The translations under genes were made by a program, and so were the position numbers. This document shows, one piece after another, positions 33,019-46,791 of a stretch of DNA of 64,000 bases. The stretch spans positions 78,805 through 142,804 of the forward strand of contig JBECUI020000037.1 in NCBI GenBank assembly GCA_040954595.2, written 5' to 3'. This DNA comes from Balanoglossus misakiensis. Taxonomy: Eukaryota > Animalia > Hemichordata. The notes beneath the pieces were generated by a model. That model was not told where the DNA came from. It saw only the letters and a program-made list of their open reading frames with translations, and made no database searches. Positions within the stretch are counted from its first letter, which is position 1. Every line of letters starts with the position of its first letter.

Positions 33019-33104
33019 CGGAGAGAGGGGGATTCGAACCCCCGGTACCCGCAAGGGCACAACGGTTTTCAAGACCGTCTCCTTCGACGCTCGGACACCT
33101 CTCC
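33019..33104 (-). tRNA. tRNA-Ser(TGA)
   Basis: GGAGAGG acceptor stem, anticodon arm ACGGT-CTTGAAA-ACCGT, long variable arm, GGTTCGAATCC T-arm. CCA is not encoded and the D-loop lacks one G of the usual GG. Confidence 0.92.
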
Positions 33105-33286
33105 CTCAGAATAGAATATACAAAGTAACGGGAGAATGCAAGATTATTACCTTGTTTCGGCTTGTTTCGGTAATAATTTTAGCGAGCATAACTATTGAAC
33201 ATGTTGTTGAAGCAATCTTTGCGTAACAGGGACATATTCACGAGTAACGGCAGCAGGGGTGTGAGCAGAATCCAATGTCGTGTCGG

Positions 33287-34454
33287 TTACACGTAGGAGA
33301 TTGCGTTGTATTTAGCTATGAGAATACGTTGCACTGATTCTTCCAATCTACTTCGGGTAATAACACCTTCTTGCAATGCCTGTTGGAGAATAGCATAGGT
33401 TTTTTGTGCACCACGGGGATGGAGCAAAATATCACTCCGGCTAGAATCGCCCGGATAATAACATCTTGGTAGGAAGGAGATAATTCCACTCCACGCATGT
33501 TCAATGAGTCGGTTAGAATAACTCCTTGGAAGTTCATTGACTTACGCAGAAGTTCGGTAACAACTGCATAGTCGGTACTAGCTGGAATTCGTGCGCTGCT
33601 TAATTGCGGGTAATATATATGGGCAACCATAATAGCATCAACGCCTGCAGCAATCCCTTGGCGGAAAGGAAGTAAATCGATCTCTTCCAACGTTTCACGA
33701 GGAGATCAATGACAGGCATGGTATTATGACTGTCTTGGGTCGTATCCCCGTGGCCGGGAAAATGTTTTAATACCGCACTAATACTACTCTTTTGTAATCC
33801 GGTAACATAGTTCGTAACCATATTTGCGACATTCTCAGGTGATGATCCGAAGGTTCGAGTTCCCAGGGTTGATGTGGGAAAATCACGAGAAACATCGGCA
33901 ACTGGTGCCAAGTTCATGCTAATGCCGAGAGAGCGCAATTCTTTGCCGACCGACTCTGCGAGGTCATGTATGAAGACAGGGTTATTTGTTCGTCCCAGTC
34001 GTTGGACTGATGGGAGTGGAGTAATAACAGTACTGGGCAAACGCGCAAGGCGGTTCACCGTTCCTCCTTCATGGTCGATCGCAATCATCATAGGGATTGT
34101 GCGAGACTCCTGTAAGGCATTAATGAGGGCAACCGTCTGTTCCGGTGTTTGAATATTTTGTTTGTAGAGGATAATTCCGCCCCAGTGCATACCATTCACC
34201 CATTCCGTAGACTCATCCGACAAGGTGGTAATCCATCTGCCTTGGCTATCTATCAGGGCGGGCATAAGCATTTGCCCGATCAGCTGATCGCTTGTCATGG
34301 AACTGACAAAACGTTCTACAGCGGAAGTCGTTTCCGAGGAAACCACCGCGGTATCTTGTGGTTCCTCTTGTTGTGGTTGGGCAACAGGAGTTGTGCAACT
34401 AATCAATCCGGGAAGAATTATTATAATAATACAAATATAGATCAAACGATACAT
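33287..34454 (-). CDS. GH3 beta-N-acetylhexosaminidase lipoprotein (NagZ-like), frameshifted
   Basis: Lipobox GLISC; IDHEGGTVNRL, NLAPVAD, KHFPGHGD..DSH and ILTDSLNM motifs. Confidence 0.85.
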
Positions 34455-34598
34455 AAGTTCTCCTAAATTATGCAATAAATTTCTAAAAAAATTGCATATG
34501 ACGGGTACTTTTCCTCCAACACCGTATTATGGTTATATCAGAATAATAATAATATGTCATTAGGGGAAGAATAATGAGTGTATCAGTGAGATGTTTTT

Positions 34599-35656
34599 TT
34601 ATGGTTTTGGCGGGCGCTGTGAGGTTGGGATATTTTCGTATACTGTATCATAGGAGTAGATTCCCGATACAATAAGTTCTTCATATATGTTGGGCTGGGT
34701 AATTTTGACAACCGGCAGAAAGAGGCAGGGGATTGTACCAGTTTCTTTGGGGTCCGCAGTTAGTTCTGCCAATGAAAATTTTTGTAATTCTTGTATTGAT
34801 TCTTTTTGTGCAAGACTAACAGCAATACGGATAGCCTCTGCGGGCAAGGGACGCATGTTTTTATACACAGTTAAGCTTAGTTGACCTGCAAGAATTGATT
34901 GTACCCCCGCAATAGATGCATCCAGACCCGACACAGGAATGTTCTCCACTAATCCTTGGGCACGTAGGGCATCTATTGCGCCAAGTGCCGTAGCGTCATT
35001 TGAAGCAACGACAGCATCAACCTGATTGTTTTGTGTAATAAGAATGTTTTCCATAATCATTTGTGCTCGAGATGCTTCCCAATTTTTGACCCATTGGTCT
35101 GCAATAATTGTTATTTGACCGCTATCAATATATGGCTGTAAAACTTCCATCTGGCCTCGGCGTAGCAAGATCGCATTGGTATCTAGCGGACTTCCACCAA
35201 GAAGTACAAACCTGCCGGATGGATTACCAAGGATTACTTCACGAGCTTGTATTCGTCCTGCCTCTATGTAGTCAAAGGAAAGATAGGCCGCAAGTTTCGG
35301 TGTTTTAATAAGGTGCATGTATGCCAGAGTAGGTATGCCCGCATCTGCCGCTTGTGCAACGGTAGGGGCAACTGCGTTACCCTCTTGTGCAATAACGATC
35401 AGTACATCACTGCCTTCTGCGATCATATTGTTTATTTGTTCATTTTGTGCTGCTGCATTACGGTTAGCTTCTCGTGTTATAACCCGTATTTCTTTATGCA
35501 GATCAGTTTCCAACAACGCCACCCAGGGTTCGGAGGCGGAATCGAAAAACGATACTCCAACAATGACCGGTTCGTCTTTTCCTGCTGTTTCTGCTGTTCC
35601 AGTAGCAATAGTAATGGAATCGTATAACACATCAACAATGTAACAAGTATTTTCAT
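34599..35656 (-). CDS. Periplasmic sugar-binding protein (XylF-like); signal peptide frameshifted
   Basis: GGSPLDTNA, VVASNDATALGAI, VSGLDA and TVYK motifs. Confidence 0.85.
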
Positions 35657-35828
35657 GCATTCTCCATGTCAGAACATTATAAAACCTTTTTCCGAGCTTT
35701 TGTCAAGCAGCATCCGCTTGTAAACAAATAAAAATAGTTAAAAATATTAAGTAAAAAGTAAATATACTATTTGCATAATATATAATATTAGTATAAAATA
35801 TCTTTGGCAATAGTTTGCTAGAAGATAG

Positions 35829-38800
35829 GTGTTTATTTATGATAAGAATTTTTTCCTTGTTTTGCTCAAAGTTTACATTAAGGTTTCTTTCCTTATTTTG
35901 TGTATCGTGATTCTCACAGGGTGCCTTGATATAAGAGATAGTATTAGTAATGATACGGAAATACCCAAGGTGAGCCATGTTAATATGAATTTTATTTCCA
36001 GCAATGATCTACAGGTAACTTGGGTGCCAAATGAGGGGGGCCCTGAGCCACAGAAAAATAGATACACTATTCGGATCATATCTGATGAAACCGGATTAGA
36101 AATGGCAACAGCTATTAATGTACAAGGGACCCAAGAGGATGGTAATCTTCTTTCATTTACTTTTACTGATATTATACTACAAGCAAATTCAAAATATACT
36201 GCTGAAGTTGTTCTCCTAACACAAGCTGGTTCGTCTGAACCAACAAAGTCGGAAGTAGTAGAAACAGGTGAAATAATGACAAGCGTAACCGATCTGACAG
36301 CAGAAAGCCCGGGGTTGAATGTCATGGAGGTTTCATGGACACCGCCGGAGGATACTACGGATGTGCAAAAGTATATCGTCCGTATTATCCCGGAAGACGG
36401 TTCTCCTCCTATACTTCGAGAAGTTTCTGCTGATGAATTGCTCGGTGATGATGGGAAAATGGCCTATACCGTGCAAGACGATCGGATTGTGTCTTCCAAA
36501 AAATATGCTGTGGAAGTTTTGGTGCAAGATAACGATGGAAATTTATCCGTTCCTGTTCGTCCGGAAGCGGACGGGGGAATAGTATCAACAGGGTCGGCAG
36601 CAGCAGTACGCTCTCACAATAGCGGTGATGTTGTTGGCACCGATACGCCAACTATTTTTGGAATTGCTGAGGTCGGCAGCACGATAACATTGCTGGAGAA
36701 TGATATACGTCTTGGAAGTGTTGTCGTTGCCGAGGATGGAACGTGGAGTATTACCCTTTCCCTGTCTGAAGGAGAGCATGATTTTATTGTACGTTCAAGC
36801 GAATTAATGAAATATGACATCGATACAAACTTCTTGCTGGTCGTTGACATATCCACTGAGGTGCCGGTTTATTACCTCGCATACCAATAATTCTTCTATC
36901 AACACCGAGACACCAACTATTGCTGGTACTTCGGAGGCAATTTCAATAATAGAATTATTTGATGGTAATGAGTACGTTGGATCCACTACATCGGATATTG
37001 ATGGAAATTGGAGCGTCGTGGTCTATTTAAGTGAGGGAGAACATAATTTATTTGTAAATGCTATTGATAAGGTGGATAATGCCAACAGTTCGGAAGCAAT
37101 AATTCTTACTGTTGACCTATCGACTACAGCGCCAATTATTATGTCTCATGCGGATGGAGACGTGATAAATACGGATACCCCAAGTATTTACGGTACTGCA
37201 GAAGCGTCTGCTATTGTGGAATTATTTGCCAACACCATCCAGTTAGGTAGTAGTACAACAGACGGAGACGGAAATTGGAGCATTACTCCAACCCTTCCCG
37301 GGAAAGCGTTCTGTCTATTCGTGCAACCGACTCTTTTGGATATACGGTTACTACTACTATTACTATTGTAGTCGACATTTCTACTCCTGAACCAACGATT
37401 ATAAGTCATTCTGATGGGGATGTCCTGAATAATGCAACTCCCACTATTGTTGGTACTGCCGAAGCAGGATCTGTGGTAGTCTTGAAAGAGGATATAACTA
37501 TACTTGGAAGCTCTATAACAAGTGTTGAGGGTGAATGGAGCATTACCCCAACATTAACCGAAGGACTGCGCAACCTAATAATTGTATCTACCGACGATGT
37601 TGATAACAGTGCTACAACATCTCTTAGCTTAACCATAGATCTTACTGTAAATCCGCCGGTCATTACATCACATGTAGACAATGAGGCAATGAATACTGAT
37701 AGACCGGAAATAACTGGTACGGCAGAAGCGGGGGCCCACATTAAACTGTTACAGGATGGGGATGAACTCGGCGAAACGGTAGCCGAAGACGGAATATGGA
37801 TGCTCTCTCCCATATTACGCGAGGGACGCAATACCTATGTTTTTCTTGCTACCGATATAGCCGGAAATAATTCAACAACTGTATTGGAATTTATTGTAGA
37901 TCTTTCCACCGATGTCCCATACATTGTTTCTCATTCTAATGAGGAAGTGGTTGGAAACACTGATCTAACCATTGAAGGAAGATCGGAGGCATTGGCAGGT
38001 ATAGAATTGTACGAAGATACAGTTCTACTGGCGAGCAGCTCATCAGACGCAACAGGATTGTGGAGCACCAATCTGACCTTACTTGAAGGAAGACATGATG
38101 TCATTATACAAGCAACTGATTCAGTAGGAAATGTTGCAACGGAAACATGGACGGTTATTATCGACATTTCAACACAAGTTCCTACTATTACATCACATTG
38201 GGATGGGGATACTGTTGGTGACAGTACCCCAATGTTTTCCGGCTGGGCAGAAGCAGGTGCAACTGTAATTTTGTATGCCGGTTCTAGCAGGCTTGGGAGC
38301 AGTCATGCTGATGACAACGGCATTTGGAGTATTGAAACAGCATTGAATGAGCAATCCTATCTTCTATTCGTATACGCAGAAGATAGCATCGGAAATACTG
38401 CAATTTCAGAAGAAATGACTGTTACCATCGATCTTTCAACCCAAATACCGCTTATAAGGTCTCCATCTCCGAACGACGTATTAAATAACAATAATATAAG
38501 TGTTCTCGGAGAGGCAGAAGCTAATTCACAGATTGAAGTCTTTGAAGGAGAGACCAGTCTTGGAAATGCTGTTGCTTCCGATGGAACTTGGATGGTCTTA
38601 TTTACTCTATCCGATGGTGCACATATTATTATAGTTCGCGCAACAGACCGATTTGGGAATACAGCAAACTCAAATCCAGTATCTTTTATTGTTGATACAG
38701 TTACTCCAGAACCGACAGTTATTTCCCATGCCAATAATGAGGTAGTTGGAAGTACGTTGGTTATGCTTGAGGGTACTGCAGAAAAAAATGCGCAGGTTGT

Positions 38801-41800
38801 AATTCTAGAGGGCACGACGGAGTTGAATACAAGCAGCACCGACAGTAATAATAACTGGAGCATGGATCTCAACCTGTCCGAAGGTCAGCACGATCTTACA
38901 ATTGAAGCAACAGATTCCGTTGGAAACACGGCGACAGGGGAAATCTCTATTGTTGTCGATGTTTCAACGCCGTCCCCAACAATTACTTCTCATACGAATA
39001 ATGAGACTGTCGCGGTTGTCGATCCGCGTATCTCAGGAACTGCAGAAGAAGGAGCATTAGTAGAATTATACGAGGATGCCACTCTCCTTGGTTCCGACAC
39101 GGCTACATCTTCGGGGTGGAACATTACTCCACTATTAACCGAAGGTGGGCATAATCTGGTAGTACGAGTAACCGATAGGGTGGATAATACTGCGAGTAGC
39201 CTTATTTTTCTTGTTGTAGATATTTCCACACCAATACCAACTGTAACATCACATAATTCCGGTGATGTTGAAAATACGAATACACCAATCATTGAAGGAA
39301 CAGCGGAAGAAGGTGCCGTTGTGGAAGTCTTTCTCGGAACAACTTCTCAAGGAAGTGATGATGTCAATAATCTCGGAAGGTGGACAATTGTGCTCTCGCT
39401 TTCCGAGGGGGTACAGAATCTTACAATAAAATCAACAGACGATGTTGGAAACACGGCGACAGGAGAATTTTCTATTATTATCGATGTTTCAACACCGGTT
39501 CCGACAGTAACATCACATAATTCCGGCGATGTTGAAAATACGAATACGCCAATCATTGAAGGAACAGCGGAAGCTGGAGCCATGATTGAAATAGTTGAAA
39601 ACGGCGTAGTCTTAGGCACAGGTAGAGCATCGTCTGAGGGAGCATGGAGCATTTCATTGACGTTAGTCGAGGGAGCACGAGTCATTACTATACAAGCGAC
39701 TGATGAAGTTGGGAATATAGCTACCGAATCCTTGGAGCTTGTCATTGATGTTTCAACGGCAGATCCCCTAGTAACTTCTCATAGTGATGGAGAAAGGATT
39801 GCTCTTACTACTCCAACCATTACCGGTACTGCAGAGACAAACGCGGAAATCAAAATATATGAAGGGGCAAGCATGCTTGCTTCCGGTACTGCCAATTCGG
39901 GAAATTGGAGCATCCCATTAACTCTATTAGAAGCGGAACATGTTTTCACGATTGAAGCAAGCGATCAAGTAGGGAATACAGCATCAGTCGAGTTCAGCCT
40001 TATCGTCGATATATCAACCCTACGTCCAGTTGTTATTTCGCATATCAATAATGAGCGTGTCGGAAGCAGTACCCCGACTATTAGTGGTACTGCAGAAGCT
40101 AATGCCCAGGTAGAAATTCGAGAAGGAAGCACCATACTGGGGACCGACTTTGCTGATGCGGGTGGGTCTTGGAGTATTATACCAACCTTGTCGGAAACGA
40201 CCCATACCTTAACCATAGAGTCAACCGATAGTGTAGGGAATCGTGCATCTTCTACTCTCATACTTCTTATTGATATTAGCACACCGGTACCAACAATAAC
40301 ATCGCATAGCAATGGTGATACCGAAAATACTGCTACCCCGACTATTGCAGGTACCGCGGAAGCAAGTGGAACTGTAGAGATATCAGAGGGTGGGACAGCA
40401 CTAAATGAAGCAGCAGTCGCCACTGACGGGAGCTGGAGTATGTCGGTAACGCTCATTGACGGAGAGCATAGTCTTACCGTACGGTCAACTGATACAGTCG
40501 GCAATACTTCGATCTCGACCCTGACGATAACAATCGACACCGTAACATCGGCACCGGTGGTAACATCACATAGTAACGGCGATACCGAAAACACCGCTAC
40601 CCCAACTATTGCAGGGACTGCGGAAGCAGGTGCAACTGTAGAGATATCGGAGGGTGGTACGGCATTAAATGAAGCAACAGTGGCCGAAAACGGCAGTTGG
40701 ACTATGATCATATCACTAACCGAAGAAGAACATACTCTCACCATAAAGGCAACAGATGCGGTTGGGAACATTTCTTCGTCTCAGTTAGTTCTTATTATTG
40801 ACATTTCAACCACTGCCCCGATTATTACTTCGCATACGAACAATGAACGGGTTGGAAGCACTACACCGACCATTAGTGGTACTGCCGAATCCGGTTCACA
40901 GATAGAAATTAAAGAAGGCAGCACGATACTTGCAACTGGAAATGCTAATCTTGGAGGCGAATGGAGTCTTACCCCGACTCTGTCGGAGGCGGTGCATAGT
41001 CTTGTTATAACGTCAATTGATAGTGTAGGGAATAAGGAAAGTTCAACCCTCTCGCTCATTATTGATATCTCCACGCCGGCTCCGAAGGTAACATCGCATA
41101 ATAATGGCGATACCGTAAACGTCTCCGTTCCGACTATTGCAGGGACCGCGGAAGTTGGTGCAATAGTAGAAATATTGGAGAATGGGACAGTATTAAATGA
41201 AGCGACAGTCGCCGCAGACGGCAGTTGGAGCATGTCTATTATCCTTTCCGATGGTGAGCATAATCTTACTCTCACGGCAAGCGATGCAGTAGACAATACT
41301 GCGACCTCGACCCTGAGGATAACAATCGATACGGTAACATCGGCAGCAACGGTAACCTCACATAGCAGTGGTGATACCAAGAGCACTGCTACCGTAACTA
41401 TTGCAGGGACTGCGGAAGCAGGTGCAACCGTAGAAATATCGAAGGGTGGCACGACATTAAATGAAGCAACGGTCGCTGCAGACGGCAGTTGGAGTATGTC
41501 CATTTCCCTTGTTGACGGCGAGCATAATCTTACTCTCACGGCGACCGATGCGGTCGGCAATACTGCGACCTCAATCCTGACGATAACAATCGACACCGTA
41601 ACATCGGCGCCTGTTGTAACATCACATAATAATGGCGATACCGTAAACGTCTCCGTTCCGACAATTGCAGGGACCGCGGAAGCAGGCGGAACTGTAGAGA
41701 TATCAGAGGGTGGCACGGCATTAAATGAAGCAACAGTAGCCGCAGACGGGAGCTGGAGTATGCCGATAACACTCATTGACGGAGAGCATAGTCTTATCAT

Positions 41801-44800
41801 ACGATCAACCGATGCGGTAGACAATACTGCGACCACGACCTTGACGATAACAATTGACACCGTAACATCAGCACCGGTGGTAACATCACATAGTAACGGT
41901 GATACCGAAAACACCACTACACCGACTATTTCAGGAACCGCGGAAGCAGGTGCAGTTGTAGAAATATCGGAGAATGGAACGGTATTAAATGGATCAACAG
42001 CCGCTGCAGACGGGAGTTGGACTATGATCATATCACTAACCGAAGCAGAACATGATATAAGCATAGAGGCAAGAGATGCGGTTGGAAACAGTGCTTCGTC
42101 TCAGTTCGTTCTTATTATTGACATTTCAACCACTGCCCCGATTATTACTTCGCATACGAACAATGAACGGGTCGCAAGCACTACCCTGACCATTAGTGGA
42201 AGCGCCGAATCTGGTGCTCAGATAGAAATAGGAGAAGGAAGTACAACACTTGCAACTGGAAGTGCCGATCTTGGAGGTCAGTGGAGTATTACCCTGACGC
42301 TGTCGGAGGCAGTGCATAGTCTTGTTATAACGGCAGTCGATAGTGTAGGGAATAAGGAAAGTACAACTCTCTCACTCATTATTGATGTCTCCACGCCGGT
42401 TCCGACTGTAACATCACATAGCAACGGAGATACTGAAAACGTTTCCGTGCCGACTATTGCAGGGACCGCGGAAGCAGGAGCAACTGTAGAAATATCGAAG
42501 GGTGGCTCAGTATTAAATGAAGCAACAGTCGCCGCAAACGGGAGTTGGAGCATGTCTGTTATCCTTGCCGATGGCGAGCATAGTCTTACTCTCACGTCGA
42601 CCGATACGGTAGACAATACTGCAACCTCGACCCTAACGATAATAATCGACACCGTAACATCAGCACCGGTGGTAACATCACATAGCAATGGTGATACCGA
42701 CAATACCACAACCCCGACTATTTCAGGGACAGCGGAAGCAGGTGCAGTTGTAGAAATATCGGAGGGTGGAACGGCATTGAATGAAACAACAGTTGCTGCA
42801 GACGGGAGCTGGAGTATGTCGGTAATACTCATTGATGGTGAGCATAGTTTTACTCTCACGGCAACCGATGCGGTAGACAATACTGCAACCTCGACCCTGA
42901 CAATAACAATCGACACCGTAACATCAGCACCGGTGGTAACATCACATAATAATGGTGATACCGAAAATACTGCTACACCGACTATTTCAGGGACCGCGGA
43001 AGCAGGTGGAACTGTAGAGATATCAGAGGGTGGGACGGCATTAAATGAAGCAACAGTCGCCGCAGACGGGAGCTGGAGTATGTCTGTAACGCTTATTGAG
43101 GGAACACGTAGTCTGACCATACGAGCAACTGATGCAGTAGATAATACTGCATCAAGCACCTTATCTATGATTGTTGATATTTCCACTCCTATTCCTACCA
43201 TTGTATCGCATACTGATGGGGATTTTATAAATGATGATACGCCTACTATAGAAGGAACAGCGGAAGCAGGTTCCACGGTAGAATTATTTGAAGATAGTGT
43301 TCTTCTTGACACAGTAACTGCATCGGTATCTGGGACATGGAGCATAGCATTGCTTCTATCCGAGGATGAGCATAGCTTTGTAGTACGTGCAACTGATCAG
43401 GTAGGAAATATTGCCACGGAAACATTTTCTCTTACTGTGGACATAACCATAGGAGCTATTGTTGTTACATCACATACTAATGGAGATTTTATAAATGATG
43501 ATACGCCTACTATAGCAGGAACCGCAGATGTGAATACGGAAATAGGTATTCTGGAGAATGGGAATCTCATTTTTGCGGGTGTTGCTAATACTGGTGGCAA
43601 CTGGAGCATTGATACCAGTTTTGAGGATGGAGAACATAATCTGACCATAGTGTCACAAGATAGTGCTGGTAACACGTCGAATACAAGCTTATTATTGAAT
43701 GTTGATACGGTTACATTTCCACCGTTTATAACATCACATACTGACAACAGTGCGGTTAATACTCTTACCATTACGTTTATCGGTATGGCGGAATTGAATT
43801 CGGACGTTGAGTTATCGGAAGGAACAACCTTATTAGGTACAGATACGGCCAACAATGTTGGAGACTGGACGGTTACGACAACCTTATCCGAGGGTTTTCA
43901 TACTCTTACGATACGTTCTACGGACAGAGCGGGAAATGTTGATACCATGCCGTTTCGTATTACTATAGATATTACCATAGTTGCTCCTGTTATTACCGAA
44001 CCCGAAGAAGGTTCTATTAGCAATACCGCAATACAAACTCTGCTCGGAAGCTCCGAAGAGAATTCAACAGTAACTATTTTTAATGGTGCGACAGCACTAG
44101 GTGATACTATTTCTGATGCAACAGGAGTATGGGAGATAGACTTAACACTTCTTCCTGCAGACTATACTTTGACAGCACAGGTATCTGACCCTGCAGGAAA
44201 TGTTGCAACAGAGGATGTATCGTTTACCGTTTGGTCACCAATGAAACCAATATTAACATCGAATGTTACTAGTCCTACAAACAGTACTGATATAACAATG
44301 ACAGCGACTTTTGGCGTAGATGTTACGCGATTTAGTATATCGGCGTTTCAAGCAAGATTCTTTGGTGATAAAGGAAAACCTGCCGACAATAACCCCAGTT
44401 GGACAGAAAATTCTGGAGCAGATATATCCCTTCAAAATGAAAATGTATTTGGGTCTACTGTTACAGTAGTGAAATTTAATGATCAATACACTAACAAAAG
44501 TGTGGGGGCACATATTCCACTCACCACAGGTGATTGGGATGAAATAACAAACTTTGGGGCTTCATATAGCGGGACTGTTCGGAACGAAACAGGCGCACTC
44601 GGGGAAGGTGGATTTTTTATGGGGCTACAGAATCATGCTGAAGATAAGCGATATGGTATATATGTTAAGCCAGAGGGAGGATTTGTCCGATTTTTTGCAT
44701 CAGACTCAGGAAGTGACTTGGATATAACTTTTGATGGTACTGGAGGACTTCCTACCATACCAGTTGGAAGCTGGTTCTCTTTTGAAATAACCGTTCCGCC

Positions 44801-45182
44801 GAATAAAGGAGATGCTGATCTTATTGTAAATGGACAAGAACTGGTTCAAAAGGTTCATTATGTTATAAACGGAGGAGGAACGGGAACAAAGGTTGCAATC
44901 GGTAGTGGATCCACTGCAGGTGCTAATCGAGTATTCTACGTATACAATTACGGTATTACCATACCACAGGATGAGGGAGACGTAGTGGTAACTAATGGAG
45001 ACGCGCTGGTCGATTCTTTTACAGAGGTTACACCGCAGATCTATACATTTAATGTACTCCCGGCAGGCCAGGGGAGCGTTGGTATCTCGATACCGGCTGC
45101 TGCAGCGGTAAAAAGCGATGAACAAACTGTTGACAGTATTCTATCGGAGACATATACAATAGAGTATGACCCGACACTATAA
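35829..45182 (+). CDS. Giant lipoprotein adhesin (~3100 aa): 2 FN3, then ~25-30 bacterial Ig (Bap/SiiE-like) repeats and a C-terminal Ig domain with an insert; frameshifts near 36870 and 37300
   Basis: Lipobox ILTGC. ORFs 35829-36890, 36814-37371 and 37275-45182 continue the same ~88-aa TPTIAGTAEAGA.VEI...DGSWS..L..GEH.L...ATD.VGN repeat. Start codon uncertain. Confidence 0.85.
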
Positions 45183-45189
45183 AGGAGAG

Positions 45190-46023
45190 TTAAACGGTGT
45201 TTCTTTTCGGTTGGCGAACAAATGCACCGCGGTGAGCTATGAATAGTATAACAACAAGCATGGTAGATATTACTGTTATGAGAAGTAGAGGGATATTATT
45301 ATATCCGCCATTTATTATTCCGGTGCCCACTTCTTTTCCCAGTACAATGAATACCAATAGCATGACGCTAGTTGAATGGAGTTTCGTTCGTATTGCTGCT
45401 ATAACGTAGTTTATACAGGCAACGCCTGCAATAATTTGCAGTATTATATGTATGCCCTGTCTCCATCCAATTCGATATAAGAATCCGGCCGTCATTTTAC
45501 CGGTATCGATAGGCATAATGTATGTAATTGCCATAGAGGCAAGTACAAGAACCGAAAGCAAAATGCCTGTATTGCTTTTTGGACTCTCCAGTGCGAAGGT
45601 ACTGGAAACAAAGAGGCATGCAATGCCGGCGATATAGCCGAAGTATACAATATGGGAAAGAAGGTAGGTATAACTACGTGCAATGGGCAAAACAGTTGTC
45701 CATACAACAAACAATCGTCCGATGTCGAATACACCCGAGAACAAATATAAACAGAAAAAGGAAAGAAATATTGTTTTGGGAGTTTCCCAGCTTTTTAGAA
45801 ACCAAGGGATCGCAAGGACCGGCAGGGCAGCTTGAAAGGCGATATACAATGTATTTATTAGAATGAGTGATGATACATCAATAACTGCATCATGGAGTTC
45901 ATTGGTCAGAAGAGGGAAAAATATTTCCCATTGCCACAGAAAAAATAATAAACTACCAATAATAAAAAAGATTGAGATAAGTAAAAGAGAAAGCAGTAAA
46001 TGTTGTTTTAGTATGCCTACCAT
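45190..46023 (-). CDS. Hypothetical integral membrane protein
   Basis: 277-aa ORF with 7-8 hydrophobic segments. Confidence 0.7.
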   Translation of the reverse strand: MVGILKQHLLLSLLLISIFFIIGSLLFFLWQWEIFFPLLTNELHDAVIDVSSLILINTLYIAFQAALPVLAIPWFLKSWETPKTIFLSFFCLYLFSGVFDIGRLFVVWTTVLPIARSYTYLLSHIVYFGYIAGIACLFVSSTFALESPKSNTGILLSVLVLASMAITYIMPIDTGKMTAGFLYRIGWRQGIHIILQIIAGVACINYVIAAIRTKLHSTSVMLLVFIVLGKEVGTGIINGGYNNIPLLLITVISTMLVVILFIAHRGAFVRQPKRNTV

Positions 46024-46108
46024 CTGGCAAATAATTATCCTTGTATGGTGCTAAATATACTATACTTTAACTATAATATATTATACTATAAGTATATAGG
46101 GGTATATT

Positions 46109-46789
46109 ATGAGTACAAAGCTAAGGTATGTACTGCTATTGCTTTTTATTACTACATCACTTTTTGCTGTTGATTCGGTCTTATTTGAAAACCTAGGATT
46201 TTCGGAGGATGGTCGTACATTTATGTTTGCACAGTATGGCCTTGCACAGGATCAGCTATTTGCGGATATATTTTTTGTGGATGTTATACAAAATGAATTC
46301 TATGCAAATGCTGTTCGTTCTGCTGTGTATGATGTACAGCCGACAACCGGTCAGAATGGAGTGAGCGCTCTTTATACCTTATTTCTTGAGACGCGAGACC
46401 TGATAGAAAAGTATAGCATCAATCACTTATATCAAGGCAGGCCTATTTATCTTGCAGTTCATGTAGAAGATGATCAGACTCAGTTAAATTTTCGTGATTT
46501 TGAGAGGGAGAAGGAATATTCCGTGCAGCTTCGGCAATCTCGTCAGGGGACTGGAGGGTTAGTTGAGGCGGAATTTTCTATTGTAGTTCGTATTCAGGAT
46601 ACAGATCTGGACATGACTTATATCGTAGGCCGTCCGGGATACTATCGGAGTGATGTATCTGAATACAAAATCCGTAAAATTATTCTTGCACCCGATGAAC
46701 GATCGCTTATATTTGTTATTGATAAGATTTATATTATAAATGATGAACAACGTATCCGGTACATGGTTGAGACTGTGAGGATACAGTAG
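46109..46789 (+). CDS. DUF2259-like secreted protein
   Basis: Signal peptide; F.NLGFS.DG..FMFAQYG and RYMVET motifs. Confidence 0.75.
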   Translation: MSTKLRYVLLLLFITTSLFAVDSVLFENLGFSEDGRTFMFAQYGLAQDQLFADIFFVDVIQNEFYANAVRSAVYDVQPTTGQNGVSALYTLFLETRDLIEKYSINHLYQGRPIYLAVHVEDDQTQLNFRDFEREKEYSVQLRQSRQGTGGLVEAEFSIVVRIQDTDLDMTYIVGRPGYYRSDVSEYKIRKIILAPDERSLIFVIDKIYIINDEQRIRYMVETVRIQ

Positions 46790-46791
46790 AA

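Noticed and set aside
37406-43855. Long minus-strand ORFs (up to 427 aa) opposite the adhesin, and similar antisense ORFs in 7.9-21.9 kb
   Set aside because: Shadow ORFs produced by the codon bias of repetitive Thr/Ala/Gly-rich genes.
44343-44975. Intein as the explanation for the inserted domain
   Set aside because: No N-terminal Cys/Ser block A or C-terminal His-Asn motif.
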